64,000 nt of DNA. Origin: Eledone cirrhosa (Eukaryota). The stretch spans positions 14,012,001 to 14,076,000 of the forward strand of contig OZ024762.1 in assembly GCA_964016885.1 (NCBI GenBank), given 5' to 3'. The translations under genes and the position numbers were made by a program. Below the pieces are notes generated by a model. It worked only from the letters and a program-made list of their open reading frames with translations, ran no database searches and was not told the DNA's origin. Below, piece after piece: positions 41,839 to 55,359 of this stretch (positions within the stretch are counted from its first letter, which is position 1; each line of letters begins with the position of its first letter).

Positions 41839-41953
41839 CTTTTTTGTCTTTGATAACTTTCATTCCTTCTTTTTTCATTAAGTTGCTCAGTCTGTGAGTA
41901 TTGAGTTCTGAGAGTGGCAGAATATGGTCCGTAATTAAATGTCGCAATATCAA
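41839..41953 (-). CDS. Fasciclin (FAS1) domain protein, penultimate exon
   Basis: Acceptor gttttcttctattgcag, 115 nt reading LILRHLITDHILPLSELNTHRLSNLMKKEGMKVIKDKK+G, donor gtaact. Phase 0 in and phase 1 out bridge both neighbouring exons exactly. ILRHLI resembles the FAS1 central (IL)xYH(VI) motif. Confidence 0.85.
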
Positions 41954-42081
41954 CTGCAATAGAAGAAAACAATATATATACACCCACACACATATATATA
42001 TATATATACACACTTACATATATACACACATACACGCGCACACAAACACACGCACACAAACACGCGCACACACACACACAC

Positions 42082-42518
42082 ACGATATTAACAAATGGAA
42101 ACTATATTTATAAAACCATATTTATTTCATTATACATATTTCAAGGACACCAAGTTAAATTATGGTGTGCTTTCATCAGATAAAATATAATATAGATCAG
42201 TTTTATAAATAAATATTGACATACCCTTAAATAATGCAACCATTACTGTTGGAAGCTCCCAACAGTAATGGTTGCATTCTTTAAGGGTATGTCAATATTT
42301 ATTTATAAAACTGATCTATATTATATTTTATCTGATGAAAGCACACCATAATTTAACTTGGTGTCCTTGAAATATGTATAATGAAATAATTATGGTTTTA
42401 TAAATATAGTTTCCATTTGTTAATATCGTATTTTTACTCCAAATATTTGTTGAGTGCTTTATATCGGTTATAAAAATATTTGCTTGTTGTATCCCAACAA
42501 TTTAAATAGAACTTTTAC
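42082..42518. mobile_element. Fold-back element of the same family as 34761-35216, in opposite orientation
   Basis: Arms ~42082-42252 and ~42259-42429. The tail 42430-42518 is homologous to the reverse complement of 34761-34845. HHRs at 42123-42187 (-) and 42324-42388 (+). Confidence 0.85.
42324..42388 (+). ncRNA. Minimal type I hammerhead ribozyme
   Basis: TATTTTAT-CTGATGA-AAG c ACACCA(TAATTTAACT)TGGTGT c CTT-GAAA-TATGTA-TA-ATGAAATA. Confidence 0.8.
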
Positions 42519-42564
42519 ATATATATATATAAATATATATATATATACACACACTTACATATAT

Positions 42565-42606
<42 letters not shown>

Positions 42607-42830
42607 TTACATATATATATACACACACACATAATATATATATATATATATATATTATTATTATTAATTTCAATGTAAAGGGTGTCATGAATGATACAAA
42701 ATCAAACATGTCTTGTCTCTAAAAACAACTCAAGATAGAATTCAGAGAATAAAATCAAGCCTTAATCATTATAAGAAAATGATTGAAATATATTCATACA
42801 CAGATTGAGTGAGATTAGATGATTTTGAAG

Positions 42831-42921
42831 TTCCCTCACTGATGATGCGTTTCAAAATATCTAATTTCGCCGTTATTTGATGAAATATATTCTGATTTCG
42901 TGGAGAATACATATGAGGGAA
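42831..42921 (+). ncRNA. Type I hammerhead ribozyme with a full stem III
   Basis: TTCCCTCA-CTGATGA-[TCAAAATA...TATTTGA]-GAAA-TATATTCT...AGAATACA-TA-TGAGGGAA: perfect 8-bp stem I, 8 of 9 pairs in stem III, irregular base of stem II. Confidence 0.7.
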
Positions 42922-43089
42922 ATATATTGATCCTTATCAGGTATTTTGATTTAAAATTTGTTATTAAATTTAATAAGATACTCAACGAATTATGTAGTCT
43001 TACTTTCAGTGTAGATTGTCTCTAGTTCTAAGTTTTGATATGTCTTAGTGCAAACTTATCTGTGTATGAATATATTTCAATCACTTTTA

Positions 43090-43129
<40 letters not shown>

Positions 43130-43254
43130 TTCGTTTCTGAATTTTTTTAGCAAGATTCTTTATCTGAAAACGTTTGTTGAAACCGATATTGTTATACTTT
43201 GGGAGGCGTAGGACAGAACAAAGAGGAGGCACAAAACAAAGAAAAGAATCCTCA

Positions 43255-43297
43255 GTTACTGAAGAGGTCACAGAATGCGTGACGAAAGAACTTTGAC
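43255..43297 (+). ncRNA. Hammerhead-like motif with weak stems I and III
   Basis: GTTA-CTGAAGA-g-GTCAC(AGAATGC)GTGAC-GAAAG-AA-CTT-TGAC. Confidence 0.5.
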
Positions 43298-43444
43298 AAT
43301 ATATGAACAACCGTCCGGTTGTGGAACCAACCAACCGGAAATTTATAAATTTTTAAATTTATAATTTAATTTATAATAAATTGAAGTGAAAGCAACTGGT
43401 GCGTGTGTTTCTTATTGGCAACATGACCCTCCCAAAGTATAACA

Positions 43445-43496
<52 letters not shown>

Positions 43497-44020
43497 GTTC
43501 AATGAAAAAGAGTTAGTTAATTTAGAATCAGCTGACGTGTATATAACAGATAACAAGCACTCAACGGTATATGTTTATCCGGAGTTTTGTTATAATAATA
43601 ATTGTTTCTACTACAACAATTACTACAATAACAACTACAACTGCTACAATTACTTGTAGTAATACAATTATTTCTACTTTTGGCACAAGGCCAGCAATTA
43701 CCCCAGTGTATTACTGGTACTTTATTTTATCGACCCCGTAAGGATGAAAGGCAAAGTTAACCTCGGCGGGATTTGAGCTCAGAATGGCAAGGGCCGCAAC
43801 AGAATGATAATAAGTTTCTGTTTTAGGCACAAGGCTTACAGCACACAACAATCATCATCACCAACATCATTATCACCATGGTATATATAATAATATAGCG
43901 ATAGAGAGAGTGATAGAGAGAGAGGAAGGAAAGTGATAGAGAGTGATAGAGAGTGAAAGAGAGAAAGGACGATAGAGATACAGAGAATGATATAATATAT
44001 ATATATAGAGAGAGAGGGGG

Positions 44021-44068
<48 letters not shown>

Positions 44069-44420
44069 GGGGAGATAGGGGGGGGGGAGAAATAGCTATA
44101 GAGAGAGAGAGAAATAGCTATATATATAGAGAGAGAAATAGCTATATAGAGAGAGAGAGAGAGAAATAGCTATAGAGAGAGAGAGATAGCTATAGAGAGA
44201 GAGAGAGAAATAGCTATAGAGAGAGAGAGAGAGAAATAGCAAGACATGAGAGAGAGAGAGAGAGAGAACCGGATAATCAAACACTGACAGACTTGAAATG
44301 ACATGCGTGAAAACGTGATGTCAAAATTAATATAGAGAGCAAAAACAAACAAACCAACAAACAAACAAACATATAAAATAAAATAAAATAACAAATATAA
44401 TTAATCCATTTTCCTTTTAC

Positions 44421-44586
44421 CTTTGATCTCTCATAAACTGGTTCTTGAAGAATCGATGTTATTTTCTCCAATGAATGGTACTTGAGTGCCATGTTGCCAG
44501 GTACAAAGAATGTGAATTTTCCCTCATCGTTGAGGAATTGGTCGGAAATATCTGTGAGAGCATCTGTAACCAACGTAGAAATTTGG
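44421..44586 (-). CDS. Fasciclin (FAS1) domain protein, internal exon with the FAS1 H1 motif
   Basis: Minus strand: acceptor ctctctatttccag, 166 nt reading (x)QISTLVTDALTDISDQFLNDEGKFTFFVPGNMALKYHSLEKITSILQEPVYERSK, donor gtaaaag. FTFFVPxNxA matches the FAS1 H1 motif. Phase 2 in, phase 0 out. Confidence 0.85.
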
Positions 44587-44916
44587 CTGGAAATAGAGAG
44601 AGAGAGGGTGAGTGAATGATGGTTAGAGAGAATGGTGGGTAGAGAAGGGGAGAGAGAGGAAAGTGAGTGAGAGGGTGAATGATGATTAGAGAAGGGAAGA
44701 GAGAGTGTGTGTGTGTGTGTGTGATGGTTAGACAAGGGGAGAGAGTGGCATGGTTGAGAGAGGGTGAGAGTTAGATAAGGGAAGAGAGAGATGACGCATG
44801 ATTGTGAGAGAGAGTGATGGTTAGAGAAGAGAGAAAGAGTGAGGCATGGTTGTGAGAGACAAAGAGTGATGGTTAGAGAGTTGATAAAGGTTAATTCAGT
44901 AAATTTAACCAGTGTG

Positions 44917-44958
<42 letters not shown>

Positions 44959-45033
44959 GTCCCCCAAAACATACACACTTTGACTAGATTGCTGTAGAAG
45001 TGTGTATATATTTTGGTGGGGGAGGGGACACCC

Positions 45034-45066
<33 letters not shown>

Positions 45067-45454
45067 TTTTGAGTATATGTTGGTTGTATACCAACACCTC
45101 AGTATGCCCCAATATCACAATCAACTATGTCATTAAAAAACATATCACCGTCGTTTCTAATCACTAAGTGTGAGGAAACGGCCAATATGGATGCATCGAA
45201 ATGTTGGAAATGTACATAAGTATATAATAAAGTATGAATTCCTACGTGTAAAAAATACATATAGGGAAACAAGTATTATCCAACCGTATGCCAATGTGGT
45301 TCTATGGCGGGTTAATAAATTAACAAGCCAGAACATATAAAATCGAGGTCTAGCAAATAGAGAAAATGTTTTAAAATAAATTTTAAAAAATTCGCTGTAC
45401 TTACTATATGTGCCTTTACCGAAACAAAAAATCCAAGCGGATTTCCATTGAGAA

Positions 45455-45486
<32 letters not shown>

Positions 45487-45922
45487 TTCTCAATGGAAAT
45501 CCGCTTATATATATATATATAATGTATATGACTGTATATATAGTGTATTTTAAAATACACTGTATGCTTAATTAAAAGCATTTTGAAGACAATACGCTAT
45601 TGTTTTAAAGTAGTGACAATGTCACTTACTTAAATTTTCAGCAAACAAGAGGAGATAAGCTGACAGAGCTCTGTTTCGTACTTGTTGGGACTTATCAAAG
45701 TTCACTACTCTCCCGGTTTGCTGAAAATTATGTGCGTTGGATTCTTATAGAATTCCAGTAATAATCAGGAACTGATTATACAGAGCGGTCGCGGATCCAG
45801 TAGAAACTGAAAATTAGAATTGGTGCTCTGAAATAGCGGTATATATATATCGCTATTTCAGAGCACCAATTCTAATTTTAATATATACATCTACACACGT
45901 GTGTTATTATGTAGCAATATAT

Positions 45923-45968
<46 letters not shown>

Positions 45969-46143
45969 CAGATGTGTGTTTATATATGTGTATTTTTATA
46001 TATATGAGTGCGTATATATATATAGGTGTGTGTTTATGTAGCTATATATGGATTTATATATAAATTATATATACATATATGTATGTTTATGTATGTGTAT
46101 GTTTATATATTTGTGTCCGTAATATATATATATATATATGTAT

Positions 46144-46187
<44 letters not shown>

Positions 46188-47173
46188 TGTATATGTATGT
46201 ATGCATATATAAATGTATGTGTGTGTGTGTGTGTGTGTGTCTGTACATGTATGTATGCATATATAAATGTATATGTGTGTATCTGTGTGTACATGTATGT
46301 ATGCATATATAAATGTACATGTGTGTGTGTGTGTGTAAGAAAATATATATATATTTATATATATAAGCTTATAGAATAAAAGAAATGCTTTTTGAAGTTG
46401 TGAAAAATTTATTATAGTATCGTAGTCTGATGTGGTTAGTGATCCGTGAATGTAAAGTTGCATGTCTACCGGAAGTGGCTTGCATATAGCGGCCATTAGA
46501 TATGGTAACACCATCTCTCCGTGAAGGAACCTTTTCGGCTTTCTCTTTGAGGAATATCTACATTTCTTTTGAGAATGCATATATATTGCAGTATTTTATA
46601 TTTTATATAGACCTTACTTTCAATTCTACATGTAACTATAAATATATTTAAACTCCACAACATACACACACACACCTACCTATACAAGAAAATATATACA
46701 TATATTACAGCAATTCGGTGCATATTTTGTGCTTATATCACACAGGCCCCTATTACATGTATGTATGTATGTATGTATGTATGTATGTATATATGTATAA
46801 TTTCTGTATATCTCTACTTTTATGTTTGGTTTGAACATTTACGTATCACGTGATGTAAGAATCAAAAAGCTTTGGTGCTAGATCAAAACACCGTCTTATT
46901 CACACACACACACACATATATATATATCCACACACACATACATGCACATTATATCTATCTATTTCTCATATATATATATGATGTATATGTATATACATAT
47001 TTACACCCCCCCCCCCCACACACACATATATCTATATTTATATACACATTATATGTATATCCATATCCTTCTCGCCATCAGTCGATCAGTTAATATATCC
47101 ATCTATCTATCTATCTATCTATCTACCAATTTACCTACACTGTTATATATATTGTATATATGTATATATATAT

Positions 47174-47207
<34 letters not shown>

Positions 47208-47210
<3 letters not shown>

Positions 47211-47240
47211 TAGCAGAGGTGCCCAGCATTGCTCGGGGTT
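47208..47240 (+). mobile_element. Possible Helitron/Helentron-type element terminus
   Basis: tactagcagaggtgcccagcattgctcggg next to (TA)n: CTAG end plus a GC hairpin. Other end not located. Confidence 0.4.
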
Positions 47241-48097
47241 TAATTGCTTTAAAGTCCTCTTAATGATTCCACTAAAATATGATCATTGAGGCAAAGATTG
47301 ATATAAGTTCCCGCCCAACCAATCGATTTACAACTGAATAGAAAGCCCTGCAAAGGGCTTTGCACCGTTCTCAGAAGGGGGTAACCAATAAATCTCTAGC
47401 TCTAAACTGTAACTTAATTTCAATTTGAATTTCAATTCTGGCATGTTTGTACTGTGTTATTTTCCGTGTCTGGCCATGAATTATATATATATATGTATCT
47501 ATCTTGGAAAGATCTGAAGCTTCGTAGCTTCTACTGTCGATATTCACAGATAAAAGACGTGAGTTAGAATACTGTAGAGTTTCCACCATTAAAAATATAT
47601 TAGAAACCAACAAACCTTCCAGCCAGCCAACAACCGCGTTAAAAATTATTTAACTACGCCATGTTTGATTGTTAGAAAACATTACCTTTTTAATATTGGT
47701 TTAACACATGGACATGTGTAATGAGTGTTGTGTTAATTAGAGTCGAGTTTTACTTTGTACTAATTATAAATTATTAATTATAACCTTTGAAACTTATTAG
47801 AACTTTAGAGGAATTTCTTGATGCAAAATTTCCCGTGTGTACAGCGTATACATAGCAATACACAACCCATTCACATGTGTATATACGTATGTATGAAATA
47901 CCACAGACCCTCCATCTCAACTCTACTTTTGAAAAGCAGAAGAACTGCGAAACCGGGAAAGGAACCAAATAGATATATATATATATATTTTCTCAAAAAT
48001 AAGACTCCAGTTGCCTTTTCGATTTCATCTTTTTTTCTTCATACTTTCACTCGTGTAGGACACCTCGATTATTTTTCATTTTGTAAAAATACCTCAG

Positions 48098-48136
<39 letters not shown>

Positions 48137-48238
48137 GTGTGTGTGTGAGTGAAGAATAACATGGTCGGCTGTCAAACAACGCCTTACGTTAAAACTATCC
48201 ATAGTACAGAGTACTCACAAGCTCAAACTGGTTATCCC

Positions 48239-48281
<43 letters not shown>

Positions 48282-48413
48282 AACCAGTAAGACCCCGACG
48301 GCTGAGCTCAAGCCGTCGGGGTCTTACTGGTTCCTATTACCCACTCTACTACCCTAAGTATTGAGTACTTTGGTGCGTTATGGTTCACCTGGTTCCTTAC
48401 CACATTTCCTTCG

Positions 48414-48449
<36 letters not shown>

Positions 48450-48721
48450 ATAGTAATAAATTTGAAGACTAAAGTCCAAAGAGGGCTCGATAAGGATATG
48501 TTTATATATATGTGAAATGTAAAAAATCGATCGCGAGCTCAGGCTGTTTGGGCGAGTTACCTTTACATACGTGTGTGTATATATATATATATATATAATC
48601 TCTATCTCTCTCTCTATCTCTCTATCTCTCTCACTCTATCTCTCTCTCTCTCTCTCTAGATATATATATAATCTCCCCCCCCCCATCTCTCTCTCACTCT
48701 CTATATATATATATATTTATA

Positions 48722-48767
<46 letters not shown>

Positions 48768-48781
48768 CACACATACATACA

Positions 48782-48883
48782 TACAAGGCGTCCCCAAAAT
48801 TGTATACACACTTTGATTACCTGATAGGCAATATTTATTAGAATACTGTTGAAGTGTGTATACATTTTTGCGGAGACCCTGTA
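48782..48883. mobile_element. ~95-bp Tc1/mariner-type MITE. Relatives at 24045-24142 and 44953-45035
   Basis: TA-caaggcgtccccaaaattgtatacacactt ... aagtgtgtatacatttttgcggagaccctg-TA: ~30-bp imperfect TIRs with TA flanks, three copies. Confidence 0.7.
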
Positions 48884-49257
48884 TGTATATATAAGTAAAG
48901 TGTATATATCTATCTATATATATATATAAAGTGTGTGTATATATATAAGTGTGTGTTTTTTTGTTTATGCACTCCCATGCACTCCCTCCCACACAAGTCC
49001 CAAAACCCTTGCCCCTCAATTGACGCCAACCCAATAACTGGGTCCCTTAATAAAGTTGTTCACATATTTGGCAATCAACATTAGTTAATTCTATTATTTA
49101 TTAGTTTACCCACAAAACTTCCTATTATTTTATCATGGCCCCAAATTCTAAGGCGCCGTCTTCGTTGGGGGAAAAGAATGAATAAATAAAAACAGTAAAT
49201 AGCTTTGAGCCGAAGTTGCAAAGTGCATTGCATATATGCTGTGTCAACTAAGTACTA

Positions 49258-49336
<79 letters not shown>

Positions 49337-49433
49337 ATGCCTGCCTGTCTGTAGGTTTGCCTATCTATCCATCTCTCTCTCTATCTGTCTCTCTGCTTGC
49401 CTCCCTGTCTGTCTTTCTCTTTTAGAAGACTTC

Positions 49434-49497
<64 letters not shown>

Positions 49498-49590
49498 GTA
49501 TACGTATATAAGAGAAAGTATGACCCCGACGGCAGAGCTCAAGCCGTTTCGACGGCTATTTCTGGACTAGAGTAAGAGTTTTTTTAGTCT

Positions 49591-49624
<34 letters not shown>

Positions 49625-49729
49625 TGTGTGTGTTTATGTAGGCATAACTACGACCATGCTGAGCATCGCCTTTTTCTATCAATCTATCTTTCTCTATATA
49701 TAACCATATATATATATATACACACACAC

Positions 49730-49769
<40 letters not shown>

Positions 49770-50162
49770 TACCCCCTCCCCACATACACAACCACACCAC
49801 ACCATACATACACACACACATACACCCCCCCCACACACACAGAGGGAGAGGAAAGCGAAATGTACGCTGGTGTATACAGTGGTTTGGACATCTGCTTCGT
49901 GGAAATGAGTGTTAAACGCCATAATTCACCCAACAACACCAACAGCACCAACAACACCAACACCAACAACAACACCAGCAACACCAACAACACCAACAAC
50001 AACACCAGCAACACCAACAACACCAACAACAATACCATCAACACGTGGGAAGGAGTTAATGAGGATATCCATATTTTAATGTGTTTATTTATGTTGAACT
50101 GGTTGACACCGGAATATGGCAGATTTTACATAAAATCCTTTCATTGGCTAACCTTTTGACTT

Positions 50163-50174
50163 GATGTATGTATG

Positions 50175-50206
<32 letters not shown>

Positions 50207-50308
50207 TATATATATATATGTATATATGTATGTATATATATATATATGTATATATGTATGTATATATATATATATGTATATATGTATGTATATATATATA
50301 TATGTATG

Positions 50309-50340
<32 letters not shown>

Positions 50341-50394
50341 TATATATATATATGTATATATGTATGTATATATATATATATGTATATATGTATG

Positions 50395-50487
<93 letters not shown>

Positions 50488-50538
50488 GTATATATATATA
50501 TATGTATATATATATGTATATATATATATGTATATATG

Positions 50539-50587
<49 letters not shown>

Positions 50588-51171
50588 GTATATATGTATA
50601 TATATATATATATGTATATATATATGTATATATGTATATATATATATATATGTATATATATATGTATATATGTATATATATATGTATATATGTATATATA
50701 TATATATGTATGTATATATGTATATATATATATATGTATGTATATATATATATATATGTATATATATGTATGTATGTATATATATATGTATATATGTATA
50801 TATATATATATATGTGTACGTATATATATATGTACGTATATATATGTATGTATGTATGTATGTATATATATATATATATGTATGTATATATATATATATA
50901 TGTATGTATATATATATATATATATGTATGTATATATATATATATATGTATGTATATATATATATATATGTATGTATATATATATATATATATATGTATG
51001 TATATATATATATATATATGTATGTATATATATATATATATGTATGTATATATATATATATATATGTATGTATATATATATATATATATGTATGTATATA
51101 TATATATATATGTATGTATATATATATATATATATGTATGTATATATATATATATATATGTATGTATATAT

Positions 51172-51269
<98 letters not shown>

Positions 51270-51602
51270 GTATGTATATATATATATATGTATGTATATA
51301 TATATATATGTATGTATATATATATATATATATGTATGTATATATATATATATATATATGTATGTATATATATATGTACGTATGTATGTATATATATATG
51401 TACGTATGTATGTGTATGTATATATATGTATGTATGTGTATGTATGTGTGTATGTATGTATATGTGTATGTATGTATATGTGTATGTATGTATATGTATG
51501 TGTATGTATGTATGTATATATATATATATGTATGTATGTATGTATATATATGTATGTATGTATGTATGTATATATATATGTGTATGTATGTATGTATGTA
51601 TA

Positions 51603-51635
<33 letters not shown>

Positions 51636-51724
51636 ATATATTTATATGGTATGTGCGTTTGGATATATGCATATATATGTGTATATATATATATATTTGT
51701 ATATATATATATATATATATATAT
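50163..51724. repeat. 1.5-kb (TA)n/(TATG)n compound microsatellite. Similar tracts at 17100-17870 and 63165-64000
   Basis: Directly visible. Confidence 0.98.
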
Positions 51725-51794
51725 GAAGGAAGTAAACACCCGGAACAAGTAATAATAACAATTATTTATTGTAATAAGGAAATGATGAACTATT

Positions 51795-51832
<38 letters not shown>

Positions 51833-52312
51833 CTTTATGAATACCATAAACATAGGAAAATAAAAATAACAATGTCTGATGCAGGAATTTGACCTTTACT
51901 TTTATCTTCCTCTTCACCCACGTATTCTTGGGAGAGTGGAGGATGGCAACAGATTCTTGAGACAGACCTTCCATAGGAAGTTATCGTATCTAAGTGACTC
52001 GGGTAGACACTCAAGAGATAACAATTGTTTCTACTTTAGGCACAAGGCCAGCAATAACCCAGTGCATTACTGGTACTTTATTTTATCGACCCCGTAAGGA
52101 TGAAAGGCAAAGTCAACCTCGGCGGGATTTGAACTCAGATCGTAAAGGGACGTAACCATGCTGGAAAGCATGGCGTCCGACCCTCTACCGATACTACCAA
52201 CAATAGAAAGAAATATGTTTGTTATCCAACTATTTTGACCACAAGATATAACTGGTTCTCTGGTATCTACTGCTCAGACGGATGAACCAATACTTATGTA
52301 AAATCACACACC

Positions 52313-52362
<50 letters not shown>

Positions 52363-52363
<1 letters not shown>

Positions 52364-52834
52364 AGGCCGGTTGTATGATGCCTGTGTGAGGAGCGCGATG
52401 CTGCATGGTAGTGAGACATGGGTAGCAACCGCAGAGGATATGCGACGGCTGGAGAGAAATGAGGCAAGCATGCTCCGTTGGATGTGCAGTGTAAATGTGC
52501 GTGAACGACCCAGCATAAATGTGTTGAGAGAGAAACTGTGTCTGAGAGGGATAGAATGTAGTGTACGGGAGAGGAGACTGAGGTGGTATGGACATGTGAT
52601 GCGCATGGAGGCTGACCGATGGGTGAAGAAGTGCCAGGAAATGCCAGTTGAAGGAAGACGTGGTAGAGGTAGACCACGAAAAACATGGGCGGAGGTGGTG
52701 AGAACAGACCTCAGATCATTGAAGCTCACGGTGGAGATGACGAGGGACCGTGACGAGTGGAGAGATGCTGTGATGAATAAGACCCGTCCCACCCTTGCAA
52801 GCAGGGAAAAGCGGACGTAAAATGATGATGATGA

Positions 52835-52838
<4 letters not shown>
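52363..52838 (+). mobile_element. 5'-truncated RTE-clade LINE 3' end with a (GAT)n tail
   Basis: YDACVRSAMLHGSETW...RLRWYGHVMRM...GRRGRGRPRKTW...RDEWR, stop at 52820, then gatgatgat, flanked by (TA)n. Confidence 0.93.
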
Positions 52839-52884
<46 letters not shown>

Positions 52885-53083
52885 TATATATATATTGGTA
52901 AAAGGAAAAGAAAATGCTGACAAATTGTTCCCAGTGAAAAATAGTTTAATTAGGAATAAGTAACAATTAGATATAAGTATTGGTTAGTATTCAGTTTTAG
53001 GTTTAAGTTTTTACCGGTTGCGCATTTCTAATGCTTTTCAAAAATTTTGAGATAGAGTGCCCGTGATGTTGGCTCTAATCTCC

Positions 53084-53116
<33 letters not shown>

Positions 53117-53120
53117 TACA

Positions 53121-53226
53121 ATGATATTAAATAAATGGAAACTATATTTATAAAACCATATTTATTTTATTATATATATTTCAAGGGTACCAAGAAAACA
53201 TTGGTACGCTTTCATGAGATAAAATA
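53121..53226 (-). mobile_element. Truncated member of the same HHR family with a mutated core (CTCATGA)
   Basis: Shares atgatattaaataaatggaaactatatttataaaaccatattta. Minus strand TATTTTAT-CTCATGA-AAG c GTACCAA(TGTTTTC)TTGGTAC c CTT-GAAA-TATATA-TA-ATAAAATA. Confidence 0.75.
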
Positions 53227-53647
53227 CGAAGTTTGTTTGCACTTCTTCTGCTTTTCAAAAGTAGAGTTGAGATAGAGGGTCTGTGCTTTTCATCTTTTTT
53301 TCTCATATATATATATATGTATATATATATGTGTATATATATATATATACATACATAGACATACAACCACACAAACACACATATGTGTAACATTCTCATA
53401 CTTGGGAAATACCAAATTTGAAAGTGAAAGAATTTCAACTAAGTGAATCCAACATGAAACGTCAGGTTGAGTTTTCTTTCAGCTTTATATTTCTGATTTT
53501 TACAAACAACTATAAAAAATTTCACAACAAAAATACCTCATGGACATACACACAGATAGCGGCACACGTGTAATATATATATATATATATGAATTGAAAA
53601 TATAAAATAAGTCTTGTACATACACACACACACACAGATGCAGACAC

Positions 53648-53707
<60 letters not shown>

Positions 53708-55328
53708 AAAAATTGAAATTGTAACAAACACACCATGTTAAACCATTACGCATACCTGCACATACATGCGTCTCTTCCCCCTCTTCTTTTCCTCCCTCTC
53801 TCACCCCTCTCCCACCGTACTCTCTCTCTCACCCCTCTCCCACCGTACTCTCTTTCTCACCCCTCTCCCACCGTACTCTCTCTCTCACCCCTCTCCCACC
53901 ATACTCTCTCTTATATATATATATATAATATAACAGGAAGAGAACGAAAATAAACCCCATAAGTACCAGAAAACCTCCCCTATGACACTAAACACTATCA
54001 GCTACACCACGACACCACCACCACCACCACCAAACACCAACAACCGCACCACGACACTACCAAAAGCCACTACCATCAGCCACACCACCACAACCACCAC
54101 TACCAAAAGTCATCAGCCACCAGACAGGCCACCATGACACCAACAGCAACATCATGACACCGCGACCACCCACCGCACCACCAAACACCATCAGCCACAC
54201 CACGCCACCACCACCAGACACCATTAGCCACCAACTACCAACAACCACACCACCACCAGACACCATCAGCCACACCACACTACCACACACCCACACCACA
54301 CCACCACACACCCACACCACACCACCACACACCATCAACCACCAACAGACACATAACCACCACCATCAGCCACACCGCATCACACCACACCACCGCCACC
54401 ATCAGCCACACCACACTACACCACCAAACACCAAGAGACACATCACCACCACCATCAGCCACACCACATCACACCACACCACACCACCACCACCATCAGC
54501 CACACCACACCACACTACACCACCAAACACCAACAGACACACCACCACCAAACGCCAACAGACACACCACACCACCATCAGCCACACCACCACCACCACC
54601 AGACACCACCACCACCACCAGACACCAACAGACACACCACCACCACACGACACCACCACCACGACACCACCACCACCACCAGACACCAACAAAGGCAGTT
54701 TTCTACTAAACTTTTATTCAACATGTATTACATTCAATGTATATTCCAGTAGTGACATGTCCGATGCGATTAGACGTCAACTTAATTTTCATTTACAAAC
54801 CAAATAGGAAAACATATATAGAATATAATATAAATAATAATAATAATAATAATAGTAATAGTAATAATAATGATAGTAGCAGTGGTGGTAGTGGTGGTAG
54901 TGGTAGTAGTAGTAGTTGTAGTGGTAGTAGTAGTGGTGGTAGTAGTGGTAGTAGTTGTGGTGGTGGTAGTAATAGTAGTAGTGGTGGTAGTAGTAGTAGT
55001 AGTGATGATTTCTTTATTAATAACACAGGGTCCACATCAAGAAAAAACATTGACAGTACAGGACGAAAACATAGTGTGTATGCTTGTGTGTGTGTGTGTA
55101 TGCTTGTGTGTGTGTGTGTGTTGGGGTGTGTATGTATGTGTGTGTGTGTGTGTGTATGTTGGGGTGTGTATGTATGTATGTATGTTTGTGTATGTTTGTG
55201 TATGTTCGTGTGTGTCCATGTGTGTGTGTTTGTGTCCATGTGTGTGTATGTTTGTGTCCATGTGTGTGTATGCTTGTGTGTGTGTGTGCGCGCGTTTGTG
55301 TGTTGGGGTGTGTGTGTGTGTGCGCGTT

Positions 55329-55359
<31 letters not shown>

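Noticed and set aside
46380-46580. Complex ORF segment as an upstream FAS1 exon
   Set aside because: No FAS1 motif and no convincing phase-2 donor.
50089-51829. ORFs over 500 aa of Y/I/H/M/C/V, and many similar shorter ORFs
   Set aside because: They are translations of (TA)n/(TATG)n/(CA)n microsatellites, open in several frames on both strands.
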